Origin: Spirulina sp.
GTDB lineage: Bacteria; Cyanobacteriota; Cyanobacteriia; Phormidesmidales; Phormidesmidaceae
Reading direction: 5' to 3'
DNA length: 64,000 bases
NCBI GenBank assembly: GCA_044070495.1
Contig: JBIPSI010000014.1
Coordinates: forward strand, 32,001-96,000
In this document: positions 19,324-29,017 of the stretch, piece after piece
Numbering within the stretch: position 1 is the first letter of the stretch
How the letters are laid out: each line of letters opens with the position of its first letter
Notes under the pieces: model-generated
Databases searched by the model: none
The model's input: the letters and a program-made list of their open reading frames with translations, nothing else
Told to the model about the DNA's origin: nothing
Program-made: the position numbers and the translations under genes

Positions 19324-19797
19324 ATGACCACTCCCAAAGATCCCCCCTCATCGGTGGACTATGTGCTGGCCCGGATGGCCCCAGAGGTGGCCGAAAGCTT
19401 TAGCCAGACCCAGTACGAGGCCCTGCGGGAAGCCTTGGTGCCCCGTCGCCATGGGGTGAATCTTCGGCTGTCGGTGCCCTGCCTGCAATCGCGCCTGTAC
19501 CTGGTGGTGCTGGCCGGAACCGATGTTCGATCCGCCCACCGCCGAAGCCTGGACACCGCCCACCATCCCCTCTGGACGCCGATGAATATGGTGGCCATGG
19601 CGGGGATTATGGGGGTGGGTATGTTGGCCCTGCTGGCGCTGCTGCAACTGGGGCAGGCTAATGTTGCAGGTCGCCTAGATCCCAAAACCGCTCCGGCGGC
19701 CATTCCTTTTAAAGAAGATCAGCGCAGTTGCGAAGCCAGTGGGCGCGTCTGGCAGGACGACACTTGCCTCGACTATGCCCACGACCCCACCTTTTAG
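19324..19797 (+). CDS. Conserved cyanobacterial hypothetical membrane protein
   Basis: AGGAGG RBS; RHGVNLRLSVP..LYLVVLAG motif, one TM helix, C-terminal CxxxGRVWxxxxC. Confidence 0.7.
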   Translation: MTTPKDPPSSVDYVLARMAPEVAESFSQTQYEALREALVPRRHGVNLRLSVPCLQSRLYLVVLAGTDVRSAHRRSLDTAHHPLWTPMNMVAMAGIMGVGMLALLALLQLGQANVAGRLDPKTAPAAIPFKEDQRSCEASGRVWQDDTCLDYAHDPTF

Positions 19798-20028
19798 GAT
19801 CGTACGGGAAATACGGTCATCGTCTGACCTAACCGCAGATCTCAGGGTGACTTCTCCGTAAAATCCACCAAAGCCTGATACCCAGTTCCCAGGGATAGAC
19901 CTATGGTGAAGGTGGAAGGAACGCCTAAATCAATTCTCCTCCCATTCACCGACCGACCATCCAATCCCAGGGAAAGGCTCACCGTCCTCGTCCTGGAACC
20001 AGGGGCACCTAGATGTTGCGAGGCCGCT

Positions 20029-21804
20029 ATGAGTACTATCACCGATGAGACTCACCCTACCCCGACGCTTCAGCCCATGGAGGCATCTCCTCCGGCCCGG
20101 CCCCCCCTATCCCACCATCAATCCTTGCTGTGGACGCTGCGATTGGTGCGACGCATTCGACGATCCCTCGATTTAGATGTGGTGCTCCAAACCACGGTTT
20201 CTGAGGTGCGGCGCTGGCTGCGGGTGGATCGGGTGTTAGTGCTGGAATTTCAATCCGACTGGGGCGGCGTGGTGCTGGTGGAAGATCATCTACCCGATTG
20301 TCAAACCTTGCAGGGGCGGCGCATTTACGATGACTGCTTCGCCGAGAAATGGGTGAAGGTCTATGCCCAGGGTCGCATCCAAGCCGTAGACGACATTGAA
20401 ACAGCGGGGTTTTCGCCCTGTCATCAAGACCTGCTGCGGCAGTTGCAGGTGCGGGCCAACCTGGTGGTTCCCCTGCGGGTGCGGGGGCAATTGTGGGGGC
20501 TGCTGGTGGCCCAACACTGTACGGCCCCTCGGCCTTGGCTCAGCGAAGAACTGCAAGTGGTCAAGCAGTTGGCCGACCAAGTGGGCCTTGCCATCGAACA
20601 GTCGGAACTCTACCACCAGACCCAAATTGCCCTACTTCAGCAAACCCAGGCCGCCACCCAATGGAAGGAACAGTCGGCACGGGCGCGGGAAAAGCACCTT
20701 GCCAGCCTAGGCACCCTGGCCGGGGGGCTGGCCCACGATTTAGGCGAAATTTTAACGCCCATTTTTCTGGCGGCGGAAATGCTGAAGCAGCCCACCCTCA
20801 ACGAACAACAGCAGCAGCTTTGGCTCAACCGGATTAAATCTAGCGCCCACCGGGGGGCCAGCTTAATTGACCAAGTGCTGGCCTTTGCCCAGGGGTTAGA
20901 GGGCCAACGCCACTCCCTTCAGTTGGCCTACCTACTGGGGGAACTGGTGCAAACCCTAGCCGAAACCGAACCCGAATCCCTGCTGATTACCTCCCGGCTG
21001 CAAGGCACCCGCCTCTGGCCCGTGGAGGCCGATGCCACCCACCTCAACCAGGTTTTTACCAACCTGTGCCGTAATGCCTGCGAAGCCATGCCCCAGGGCG
21101 GACAACTGCACCTCAGTGCCCATAATGTCTGGTGGCGGGGCGATCCGACCTATCCCCAGCGATCCCCTGGCCCCTACGTGGTGGTCACCCTTAGCGATAC
21201 CGGGGAAGGCATGGCCCCAGAGGTCTATGACCGCTGCCTAGACCCCTTCTTTACCACCCGCGCCCTAGAGGGGCATTCGGGGCTGGGGCTATCCACCGCC
21301 CTAGGATTGGTGCAACTCTACGGTGGCTGGCTGAATCTGCAAAGCCAGTCCCAGATTGGCACCACCGTTGAGGTCTACCTACCGGCCCAGGTTCCCGATC
21401 TCGATATTCCCCTGCTGCAACGCCGTTTGGCCAACCTACCTACCCAGCCTAGGACTATCCTGCTGCTGCTGGCCGAGGCCGAGGATCGGGAACTGCTGCG
21501 GGCTATGATCGCCAGCGGATCCCATACGGTGCTGACCACCGAGGATGGAGCCGAAGCCCTAACCTGTGTGATTGAGCACCAAGCAACCTTGGGGGCCGTG
21601 GTGTTAGATCTCGCCCTGCCCACCTTCAACGGCGGGGCCATGGCCCGTCGCCTCGAACAAATGATCCCCCAAGTTCCCATCCTGACCCTAGACAGCCGCA
21701 GCCAGATCTCTCCAGTGCCCGATCCAGCGCGCGCCTCAACCATGGCAATGCAGCCTCTTTTCTTGGCTCCGCTGCTGGCCCAATTGGCGCAGGTTCTGTC
21801 CTAA
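20029..21804 (+). CDS. Cyanobacteriochrome (DXCF GAF) hybrid histidine kinase with degenerate receiver
   Basis: IYDDCF and PCHQDLL chromophore motifs, RANLVVP, LWGLLVAQHC; LAGGLAHDL H-box; NLCRNA, DTGEGM, PFFTT, GLGLS; start could be upstream at 19903. Confidence 0.9.
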   Translation: MSTITDETHPTPTLQPMEASPPARPPLSHHQSLLWTLRLVRRIRRSLDLDVVLQTTVSEVRRWLRVDRVLVLEFQSDWGGVVLVEDHLPDCQTLQGRRIYDDCFAEKWVKVYAQGRIQAVDDIETAGFSPCHQDLLRQLQVRANLVVPLRVRGQLWGLLVAQHCTAPRPWLSEELQVVKQLADQVGLAIEQSELYHQTQIALLQQTQAATQWKEQSARAREKHLASLGTLAGGLAHDLGEILTPIFLAAEMLKQPTLNEQQQQLWLNRIKSSAHRGASLIDQVLAFAQGLEGQRHSLQLAYLLGELVQTLAETEPESLLITSRLQGTRLWPVEADATHLNQVFTNLCRNACEAMPQGGQLHLSAHNVWWRGDPTYPQRSPGPYVVVTLSDTGEGMAPEVYDRCLDPFFTTRALEGHSGLGLSTALGLVQLYGGWLNLQSQSQIGTTVEVYLPAQVPDLDIPLLQRRLANLPTQPRTILLLLAEAEDRELLRAMIASGSHTVLTTEDGAEALTCVIEHQATLGAVVLDLALPTFNGGAMARRLEQMIPQVPILTLDSRSQISPVPDPARASTMAMQPLFLAPLLAQLAQVLS

Positions 21805-21867
21805 TCTCAAATTCGGTTTGCGTACCCCGGCATCGATAGGCCAGGAAACCTCGCCCTACCAAAGCGG

Positions 21868-21992
21868 ATACCAAATCCCGGTGGCTTATCCCCGCTTCAA
21901 ACGATAATCCCGCTCAGGCTGAGCGGTAAGCCTGTCGAACAAACCGTCGAAGCCTCACTTCGTTTAGGGGGTTTTCTAGTCGGATTTGGTAT
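21868..21992. mobile_element. MITE family A (ATACCAAATCC...GGATTTGGTAT terminal repeats)
   Basis: 11-bp perfect TIRs; related copy begins at 45661. Confidence 0.75.
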
Positions 21993-22030
21993 GAGATCTA
22001 TCCAAGCCCAATCGGCCCAACCCCACCGAA

Positions 22031-22161
22031 GAGGGCGTTTGAAAAGGGTTGCCTCAGGTGCGATTGGTCGCTAGATCGGTGTAAAACCACGGATTTTTTG
22101 ACGGTTGAGGCTGACCTTATCGGTATAACTTGGGACAAGCTTCGGCTTTTCAAGCGTCCTC
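22031..22161. mobile_element. MITE family B (GAGGGCGTTTGAAAAG...CTTTTCAAGCGTCCTC), 131 bp
   Basis: 16-bp imperfect TIRs; a similar 131-bp copy lies at 45758-45888. Confidence 0.85.
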
Positions 22162-22171
22162 TAAGGCTTGT

Positions 22172-22549
22172 TTAGCCCTCAAGGGAATCGGAGGATCCTA
22201 GGCTCACCTGATTGACAAAAAAGCGGTTGAGGGTGGTGGAGACCATGGAGAGCAGAATTGGCCCCAAAATGAAGGCCCAAAATCCGTTCACCGAAAACCC
22301 TGGCGTAATCAGGGATGCCAGCCACAGAGACAGGCCATTCACCACCAGGGCAAACAGTCCCAGGGTGAGCACCGTAATCGGCAGAGAGAGAATAAACAGC
22401 ACGGGTCGAATGATCGCATTTACCACGCCAATCACAATTCCGGCCAGGATGGCGGTGGGAAAACCGCTGATCACCAATCCCGGCAGGATGAAATCGACCA
22501 CCAGCAGGGACAGGGCGGTGGCTAGGACACTGAGGGCATAGAGCAACAT
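22172..22549 (-). CDS. Phage-holin-like 4-TM membrane protein (YvlD/DUF360 family)
   Basis: GVVNAIIRPVLFILSLPITVLTLGLFALVVNG, PGFSVNGFW. Confidence 0.88.
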   Translation of the reverse strand: MLLYALSVLATALSLLVVDFILPGLVISGFPTAILAGIVIGVVNAIIRPVLFILSLPITVLTLGLFALVVNGLSLWLASLITPGFSVNGFWAFILGPILLSMVSTTLNRFFVNQVSLGSSDSLEG

Positions 22550-22710
22550 CGAAGGGGCCTCCAAACGAGGGTGAGGGCATCGAAAACTCGATCATAGCGT
22601 TTGGTCATTCTTTACCCCTACGGCCTTGGGATGATATGGGGGATAGATCTTTTTAGAATACTCCATGAAAATAACTATCCATTTGCCGTATCCATTTGCC
22701 GTAACCATTT

Positions 22711-22798
22711 GCCCTCACCCCTGCCCCTCTCCCCCAGGAGAGGGGTTCTGAATCCGGCTCCCCTTCTCCCTAGGGAGAAGGGGTTGGGGGATGAGGGC
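22711..22798. repeat. Palindromic repeat element (GCCCTCA...TGAGGGC) with two internal hairpins
   Basis: gccctcacccctgcccctctccc...ccccttctccctagggagaaggggttgggggatgagggc. Confidence 0.8.
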
Positions 22799-23235
22799 CA
22801 GCTTGGATGGTTCACTAATTGGACTACTCTTAGCCTTTAATGGATCTGGTAATGGATCTGGATTTTGGCCAGTTTTGTCCATCAACCCGATCCTAGGCTT
22901 GTCGGTGGCCCAGTCTGATCGATCAAGCGCGGTCAGCCGTTGGGATGATACGGCTCTGGCCCATTGACTCCCTCAAAATGGAGCAAAATAACGCAACGAT
23001 GAATTACGGAATCGTTTATAGCTAGGATTTTTAGGGGAAGATGCGTTAACCCTTTGGATACCAACCGTCCATGCTGCTAGCGCGACACGCCCAAAGATAA
23101 CCATCTATCCCTTTGAGGGCTAATCCGCGCCCGATACACCGTAGGGGCGAGGTCTCCTCGTCTATCAAGATCAAGGGCAAACAAGCCGGATTACCTGTGA
23201 CCGTTGTTGTCCGTTGTTGACCCAGTTCCAACATT

Positions 23236-24288
23236 TTGGTGAGAGATTCTAGCCTTGATTCGGCCCTAAACCCAGTTCCCCCGTCCCGGCGACCTCGATC
23301 TTCCCAGACCAAATCCGTGGCGGTGGATCCCCGTCCGCCCCTGGTGGTCGGTGGGGAAACCATCCCCCCAGGGCGGCGGGTACGGCTCGATCTTCCCGTG
23401 GCGCGGTTAACCACGGGCACCATGATGTCGCTGCCGGTGACGGTCATCAATGGCAAACACCCTGGCCCCCGGCTGTGGCTTAGTGCCGCCATCCACGGCG
23501 ATGAACTCAACGGCGTAGATACGATTCGGCGCATTGCCCAATCTCTGCGGCCCACCCGGCTGCGGGGGGCGGTGATTGCAGTGCCCGTGGTCAATGTCTT
23601 TGGTCTGCTGGAGCAATCGCGCTACCTGCCCGACCGCCGCGACTTGAACCGTTCCTTTCCCGGTTCCCAGCGGGGTTCCCTGGCCAGTCGGCTGGCCTTT
23701 TTGTTTATGAGTGAGGTGGTCAGCCAATGCACCCACGGCATCGACCTCCATACGGCGGCCATCCATCGCGTCAACCTACCCCAGGTGCGGGCCGACCTCA
23801 CCGATCCCGATACCTACACCTTTGCCCAGTCCTTTGGCGCACCGATCATCCTCCATTCCGCCCATCGCGATGGATCCCTACGGCAAGCCGCCGCCAAGCG
23901 CCGCATTCCCACCCTAATCTACGAAGGCGGGGAAGCCCTGCGGTTTGATGAGGCGGCGATTCAGACTGGGGTGGAGGGCATTTACCGAGTGATGGCCTAC
24001 CTCGGCATGTATGCCGCCCCCGATTCCCTGGCATCCACCACCAGCCTAGAATCCCGCGATACCCGTTGGGTGAGGGCCTCACGGGGGGGCATTTGGCACT
24101 GCACCATCCGCCTAGGGGATCGGGTGAAGCAACGACAGCCCCTAGGGTTCATTAGCGACACCTTTGGCGATAAGACCGTACAGGTACGCAGCCCCATGGC
24201 GGGAATTGTGATTGGCCATGGCCAAAATCCCCTCGTCAACCAAGGCGATGCCCTCGTCCATGTGGCTGGGTTAGATCAGGTTAACTGA
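23236..24288 (+). CDS. Succinylglutamate desuccinylase/aspartoacylase family (M14) metallo-hydrolase
   Basis: AAIHGDELNG, DLNRSFPG, IDLH, YEGGE; C-terminal biotinyl-like hairpin; start uncertain. Confidence 0.9.
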   Translation: MVRDSSLDSALNPVPPSRRPRSSQTKSVAVDPRPPLVVGGETIPPGRRVRLDLPVARLTTGTMMSLPVTVINGKHPGPRLWLSAAIHGDELNGVDTIRRIAQSLRPTRLRGAVIAVPVVNVFGLLEQSRYLPDRRDLNRSFPGSQRGSLASRLAFLFMSEVVSQCTHGIDLHTAAIHRVNLPQVRADLTDPDTYTFAQSFGAPIILHSAHRDGSLRQAAAKRRIPTLIYEGGEALRFDEAAIQTGVEGIYRVMAYLGMYAAPDSLASTTSLESRDTRWVRASRGGIWHCTIRLGDRVKQRQPLGFISDTFGDKTVQVRSPMAGIVIGHGQNPLVNQGDALVHVAGLDQVN

Positions 24289-24320
24289 GAGGCTTAGATT
24301 GACTAGATTGACTAGATTGA

Positions 24321-25523
24321 CTAGGCAATGCTGCCCCGTTTGCGGGCTTCCTTGGCGGAAATGCCGATATTTTTGAGGCCAGCCCGCATCATCTCCCGTT
24401 CCAGCAGCGCAAAGAAGCGGCGACGATCTCCCCCCCGCACCACCGCCTGGTTGTGGGCTTCGGCTAGGGCCACCGGATAGCCATAGCCCTTCTGCACCTG
24501 GGCCAGCACCATCCGCAGGGCGAGGTCACAGCCTGCGGCATCGGCCATCACCCACTCCGGCATCTCCACCCGCGCCACCTCTGCCCCCACATGGAGGTAG
24601 CAAAAATAGATGTGTTGATCGCCGTAGAGACCGAGGATGCTGGCGGAACTGCGCCAAAAGGGGCTGCGCTGCCCTGGTTCTAGGGCGGTGGCCCAAAAGG
24701 TGGCATCCCGCAGGGGCATAAATCCGCCGCAGGGGGCCTTTTCAGACTGGCCCCGGCAGTGCTGGGCGCAGTGGGGTTCTGCAAAGGGGCAGGCGGGCAA
24801 ACGCAAAAAGTTCAGCCCCTCGCTGCTACGGGAGGCACTGAGATAGCCCACCAGGGGAATACCCAGCCGCCGCAGCCGTTCCCAGGCCGCCAAAATCGGG
24901 GGCAGCAGGTGATCTCGGCCTTCGGCGGGGATAGCTTCGAGGAACCAGTAAATCAGCGATCCATCGACCATGGCCAGGGTGGGCGGGGCTTTGTCTAGGG
25001 AAGATTCCGCTGCAACCGAGGCTCCCAACTCGGCCAACACCTCCGCCTCCGCCACCGTGCGCCGATGGCCCATCCATTCCTCGGTGCTAATGCCCCAGGG
25101 GCGAGACTGGTAGAGATCCTCTGGGCGGTAGATCACCTCTGGCAGGCTATCCAGCAACGGAAAGCGGCCCTGGCCGTAGTGCAGCACCACCCGCCCCACA
25201 TTGATGAGATAACAGTAAGCAATGTCGTGGTGGCTAGGGGAAATTTGCGATCCATCGGTGGCCAGCACCGTATGGGCGGCGGTCAAGGGTTCTAGGGCTA
25301 TCCGGGTGGTCAGCGGTTCTACGGGCAGCGCTGCCGTGAAGGCGAGGTGTTCGGCGTAGTCCTGGTGTCGGGCCACCCAATCCTCCTGGTGTTCGGTGGC
25401 GATGGTCATCCACCGCTGCGCTGTGCGGATTCTGGCCTGGGCCGCCTCCGCCTCCTGGGCCAAGTGCTGGCTCATGCCCTGCATCTGTTGGGCCAACTGC
25501 GCTAAATCCAGCATTGAGATCAC
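24321..25523 (-). CDS. nurA: NurA-domain nuclease
   Basis: ATDGSQ, AMVDGSL, ARVEMP, GYGYPVALAEAHNQAVV. Confidence 0.85.
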   Translation of the reverse strand: MISMLDLAQLAQQMQGMSQHLAQEAEAAQARIRTAQRWMTIATEHQEDWVARHQDYAEHLAFTAALPVEPLTTRIALEPLTAAHTVLATDGSQISPSHHDIAYCYLINVGRVVLHYGQGRFPLLDSLPEVIYRPEDLYQSRPWGISTEEWMGHRRTVAEAEVLAELGASVAAESSLDKAPPTLAMVDGSLIYWFLEAIPAEGRDHLLPPILAAWERLRRLGIPLVGYLSASRSSEGLNFLRLPACPFAEPHCAQHCRGQSEKAPCGGFMPLRDATFWATALEPGQRSPFWRSSASILGLYGDQHIYFCYLHVGAEVARVEMPEWVMADAAGCDLALRMVLAQVQKGYGYPVALAEAHNQAVVRGGDRRRFFALLEREMMRAGLKNIGISAKEARKRGSIA

Positions 25524-25559
25524 CTCAGGGAAGACCCAAGAACACCCATCTTTCCCATC

Positions 25560-27779
25560 CTACCCCTGGGAATCCGGGGAGTCTGCCCTGGTCTGAAGGC
25601 TCTGAAGCAGGTGAGTAATGGTCTCGGACACCGGAGGATCCATCGACCCATCCACAATCCTCAGCCCCGACGGCACCGACCCAGTCATCGCAGATAGGCT
25701 CACCCAAGGGATCTGGATCAACTCTGGGCATTGGGCCACCCAGTCCCAGTCTGTCTCGGTAAAGCCTAAGCCATCCACCAGCACAATGGCCTGGGGTTGC
25801 CACACCCGACACAACAGCCGCGCCTGGGCCAAGTCATTGGCCTGCACCAGCCGACACCGCTGGCTTTGGAGGGTGGTTCGCCACACCTCCGGTAGCGCCA
25901 CCTGGGCCTTGGTGAGGGCAGATTGCCCTGGGTAGGTCAGCACCAACAGGGTAAGCGGGGTCGCAGGGGCTTTTGGGGTGGAATTTTGGGGGGTGGAATC
26001 TTGGGGAGTCACGCGTCCCTGATTGGCCGGATCTGGGCCTGGGGGATAATCGATGGCCGATGGCGAGGCTGTCAACGACTGGTTTGCCGATGGCTGGGCT
26101 GTCAATGACTGGGCTGTCGATGACTGGGCTGTCGATGACTGGTTTGCCGATGACTGGTTTGTCGATGACTGGTTTGCCGATGACTGGGCTGTCGATAGCG
26201 GGGCGAGGGCTTGGGCGAGGGACTTGGGGTTATCTAGCACCAGAAGCACCGCCTGGGGGGCCACCTGGGCCAAAACTGCGCCCGGATTCGCAGGGATCTC
26301 CCCCAGGGACGCACCATGCAGCAGCACGAGGGCCGGAGTCAATCGCTGGGCCATGTCCACCGCCTCCTGCCAATGGGTGGCCAGTAGCAAGCGGGTTTCC
26401 CCGGCGACCATTTGTGCCTGGGTATGCACCAACCATTCGCCATCCGCGCTCACCAGCAGCACAAGCCTTTCTGGGCCAATTCCTCCTGGGTCAATTCCCG
26501 CTGGGCCGTCCTGGGCTAGATCACCCGCCGCCGCCGATGTTTGATCCACAGGATCTGACGGATCTTCTTCCATCAGCCCTGGCTCGTCCCCAGCCTCCCT
26601 TCCTCCCCGCCAGGGCAGCAGAATCGTAATCTGGTAGCCATCCAGGGGAGAACAAAAGCCCACCAAGTCGCCCCCCTGCTGCTGACATAGCCGTCGGGCT
26701 AGGGCCAACCCCAGGGTTTCCAGGCCGTCCACCTCGGCCCCTAGGGTCACCGTCCAGGGGGGAGACCCAGGGCTAGGGGAGAGGCGGTCATCGGTCTCTG
26801 GGGTGGCCCGCAGCGTCAGCCCAACCCAGGATCCCCAGGACTCTAGGGTCAGGGTTTGGGGAATGGCCCCTCGATGCAGGAGATAGCCCAAAACGCTGTA
26901 GATGCTCTGCTGAAGCCGCAGTCGATCCACCCGCAGCAATGGCACTTGGGGGGGCAACTGGCAGCGAAAGGTGTCCATCCAAGGCGGTGGGGCGGCGGCA
27001 TCGGGCAGCCAACTGGTGAGAAATGTGGGCAGTAGGGTTTCCGTCAGAGCGTTGAGATCCACCGGAACCCTGTCTAAATCCATCTGTCCCGCCTCTAAGC
27101 GCATCCAGTCCACCAGTTGATTCACTAGGCGGATCAGCTTGCGAATGGCTCGCCGCATCAGCCCCGCATAGCGAGACTGGCGGTCGTTCAGGTGGCCAAC
27201 CCGATGATCCAACAGTAGGGTAGATAGCCCTAACAGGGAGGTCAGCGGCGTTTTGAGGGCGTGGCTAATGGTCATCACCCACTGCTGTTCCTGCACCGAC
27301 GTGGCGGACAAGGGGGCAACCGCCGGACTCAAGGATCCCTGGGCCAGCAGATCCGCCCCATTCAGTACCCCCAAGTACCGCCCTTCGACATCCACCACTA
27401 CCCAGCAGGGGGCCGACGAATGGGTGATCAGACGAATGAGATCGGCGGGCGTCGTGTGGGCCACTAGGGGCACCACGGGTTCAAGCCAGGCTAGGCAATC
27501 TTGGAGGTAAACCGCTGGGGGATCGCCCCCTTGTCCTTGCTGGCGCGACCACAACAGCCCCAACGCCAAACAGCCTTGGGGGCGATGTTGATCGTCGATT
27601 ACAACAATGTGGCTGGGCCAGGGCAAGGGGGCCGACCCTAGACAAAACTGGCTCAGATCGGCCACCACGGTTTGAATGGCCACCGTTGGCAGGTAGCTGG
27701 GTATGGGGATCATCCAGGGGACTAATCCTGCCGTTGAGGCGGTGGCAGATGGGGGCCAAACATGGGGCAAAAACGACAT
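25560..27779 (-). CDS. Degenerate hybrid histidine kinase-like protein (CBS-like N-terminus, HisKA, pseudo-receivers), divergent from kaiA
   Basis: ISHALKTPLTSLLG H-box; DRLRLQQ; LGLALARRLCQQQGGD; no N-box or DxGxG; receiver-like segments lack Asp. Confidence 0.7.
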   Translation of the reverse strand: MSFLPHVWPPSATASTAGLVPWMIPIPSYLPTVAIQTVVADLSQFCLGSAPLPWPSHIVVIDDQHRPQGCLALGLLWSRQQGQGGDPPAVYLQDCLAWLEPVVPLVAHTTPADLIRLITHSSAPCWVVVDVEGRYLGVLNGADLLAQGSLSPAVAPLSATSVQEQQWVMTISHALKTPLTSLLGLSTLLLDHRVGHLNDRQSRYAGLMRRAIRKLIRLVNQLVDWMRLEAGQMDLDRVPVDLNALTETLLPTFLTSWLPDAAAPPPWMDTFRCQLPPQVPLLRVDRLRLQQSIYSVLGYLLHRGAIPQTLTLESWGSWVGLTLRATPETDDRLSPSPGSPPWTVTLGAEVDGLETLGLALARRLCQQQGGDLVGFCSPLDGYQITILLPWRGGREAGDEPGLMEEDPSDPVDQTSAAAGDLAQDGPAGIDPGGIGPERLVLLVSADGEWLVHTQAQMVAGETRLLLATHWQEAVDMAQRLTPALVLLHGASLGEIPANPGAVLAQVAPQAVLLVLDNPKSLAQALAPLSTAQSSANQSSTNQSSANQSSTAQSSTAQSLTAQPSANQSLTASPSAIDYPPGPDPANQGRVTPQDSTPQNSTPKAPATPLTLLVLTYPGQSALTKAQVALPEVWRTTLQSQRCRLVQANDLAQARLLCRVWQPQAIVLVDGLGFTETDWDWVAQCPELIQIPWVSLSAMTGSVPSGLRIVDGSMDPPVSETITHLLQSLQTRADSPDSQG
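26068..26196. repeat. 15-bp in-frame tandem repeat (about 8 units, QSSTA/QSSAN pentapeptides)
   Basis: gatgactgggctgtc / gatgactggtttgcc units. Confidence 0.9.
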
Positions 27780-27993
27780 CCTCAGCGTTCCCTAGGGTTG
27801 ATGAAGCTAGAGGGGAGATCCGCGCTCCCTAACCTACCACCATCGGAGCAGCAAGTTAAAACTGGAGGGAGGCATTCTGGCGGCCAGCCCTTACAATTAA
27901 CAAATATAAACATTTGATACCTAACCGGGCTCTAGGATAACGTTCTGATAGCCAGCCGGAGATGGTTTAGCGTTTTTTAGCAGATTAGCTACT

Positions 27994-28890
27994 TTGGTTG
28001 CACCCCTACAGATATATGTTCTCGCTCGGTCGAGGGAATCGCTGGCCGAGGCTGGGCAACTCTTGCCCCCCGACCGATTTGTTGTATGCCTGGGCACCAC
28101 TGTAGAGGAGAGTCTGGTGCAATTGCGGGATCGGGGCAATCAAATTGATTGCCTGGTGACCGAAGATGCCCTGCTAGAGCATTGGTTGCCCTCCCTGGCG
28201 GAGGCCGGAGTGTTGCTGCCCGTGGTGGCGGTAACCCCAGCGGGGGCCACCCCTGGACACGGCGCGGCCCATCTGCCCTGGAAGGATATCTACCACGGAG
28301 CGGTAGTTACCCTGCCCAATAACAAACTCGACCAACTAGAGGAGGCCATTAACCGGGCGATCCAGCAGTTTTTGGCTCTGCCTGCCGAGTCCTGTGCCCT
28401 GCCCGTCATCCCAGAAGCCGCCGCCGAAATTGTCGAAGCTGCCGAGACTACCGAAGCCGCTGTCTCACCGCCCGAACTCCTGAGTGCCCAACAGGAGCGT
28501 CTGACCGATAAGCTTAAGGCCCGTTTAGGTTACCTAGGCGTTTATTACAAGCGCAACCCTGAATACTTCCTACGCAATATGAGTCAGGTTGACCGTGAGA
28601 CCCTTCTCAACCAGCTCAAAATCGACTACCGCAAGATTGTGCTGGGGTACTTCTCCAACGATGCCAAGCTCAACCAAAACATCGATGCCTTCGTTGACCA
28701 AGCCTTCATGGCCGACATTTCGGTATCGCTGATTGTGGAGATGCACATGGATCTGATGGACGAGTTCTCCAAGCAGCTTAAGCTGGAGGGGCGCAGTGAG
28801 GAGATTCTGCTGGACTACCGCCTCACCTTGATCGACGTGATTGCCCATCTCTGTGAGATGTACCGTCGCTCTATTCCTAGAGAACCCTGA
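27994..28890 (+). CDS. kaiA: Circadian clock protein KaiA
   Basis: KLKARLGYLGVYYKRNP, EMHMDLMDEFSKQLKLEGRSEEILLDYRLTLIDVIAHLCEMYRRSIPRE. Confidence 0.97.
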   Translation: MVAPLQIYVLARSRESLAEAGQLLPPDRFVVCLGTTVEESLVQLRDRGNQIDCLVTEDALLEHWLPSLAEAGVLLPVVAVTPAGATPGHGAAHLPWKDIYHGAVVTLPNNKLDQLEEAINRAIQQFLALPAESCALPVIPEAAAEIVEAAETTEAAVSPPELLSAQQERLTDKLKARLGYLGVYYKRNPEYFLRNMSQVDRETLLNQLKIDYRKIVLGYFSNDAKLNQNIDAFVDQAFMADISVSLIVEMHMDLMDEFSKQLKLEGRSEEILLDYRLTLIDVIAHLCEMYRRSIPREP

Positions 28891-29017
28891 GGAACCAGGC
28901 CCAGATCACCACCCAGCTTAGGTAAGTTTGGTGAGGTGGAGTTCAGTCCCCTCGATATAATCAATTCCGTCCCTAATCTGGGTTGTCCTAGTTCCCATCT
29001 TTGCAGAGCATAAGCCC

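Noticed and set aside
22172..22549. Holin-like gene as a sign of a prophage
   Set aside because: This 4-TM family is common on chromosomes and no phage genes are nearby
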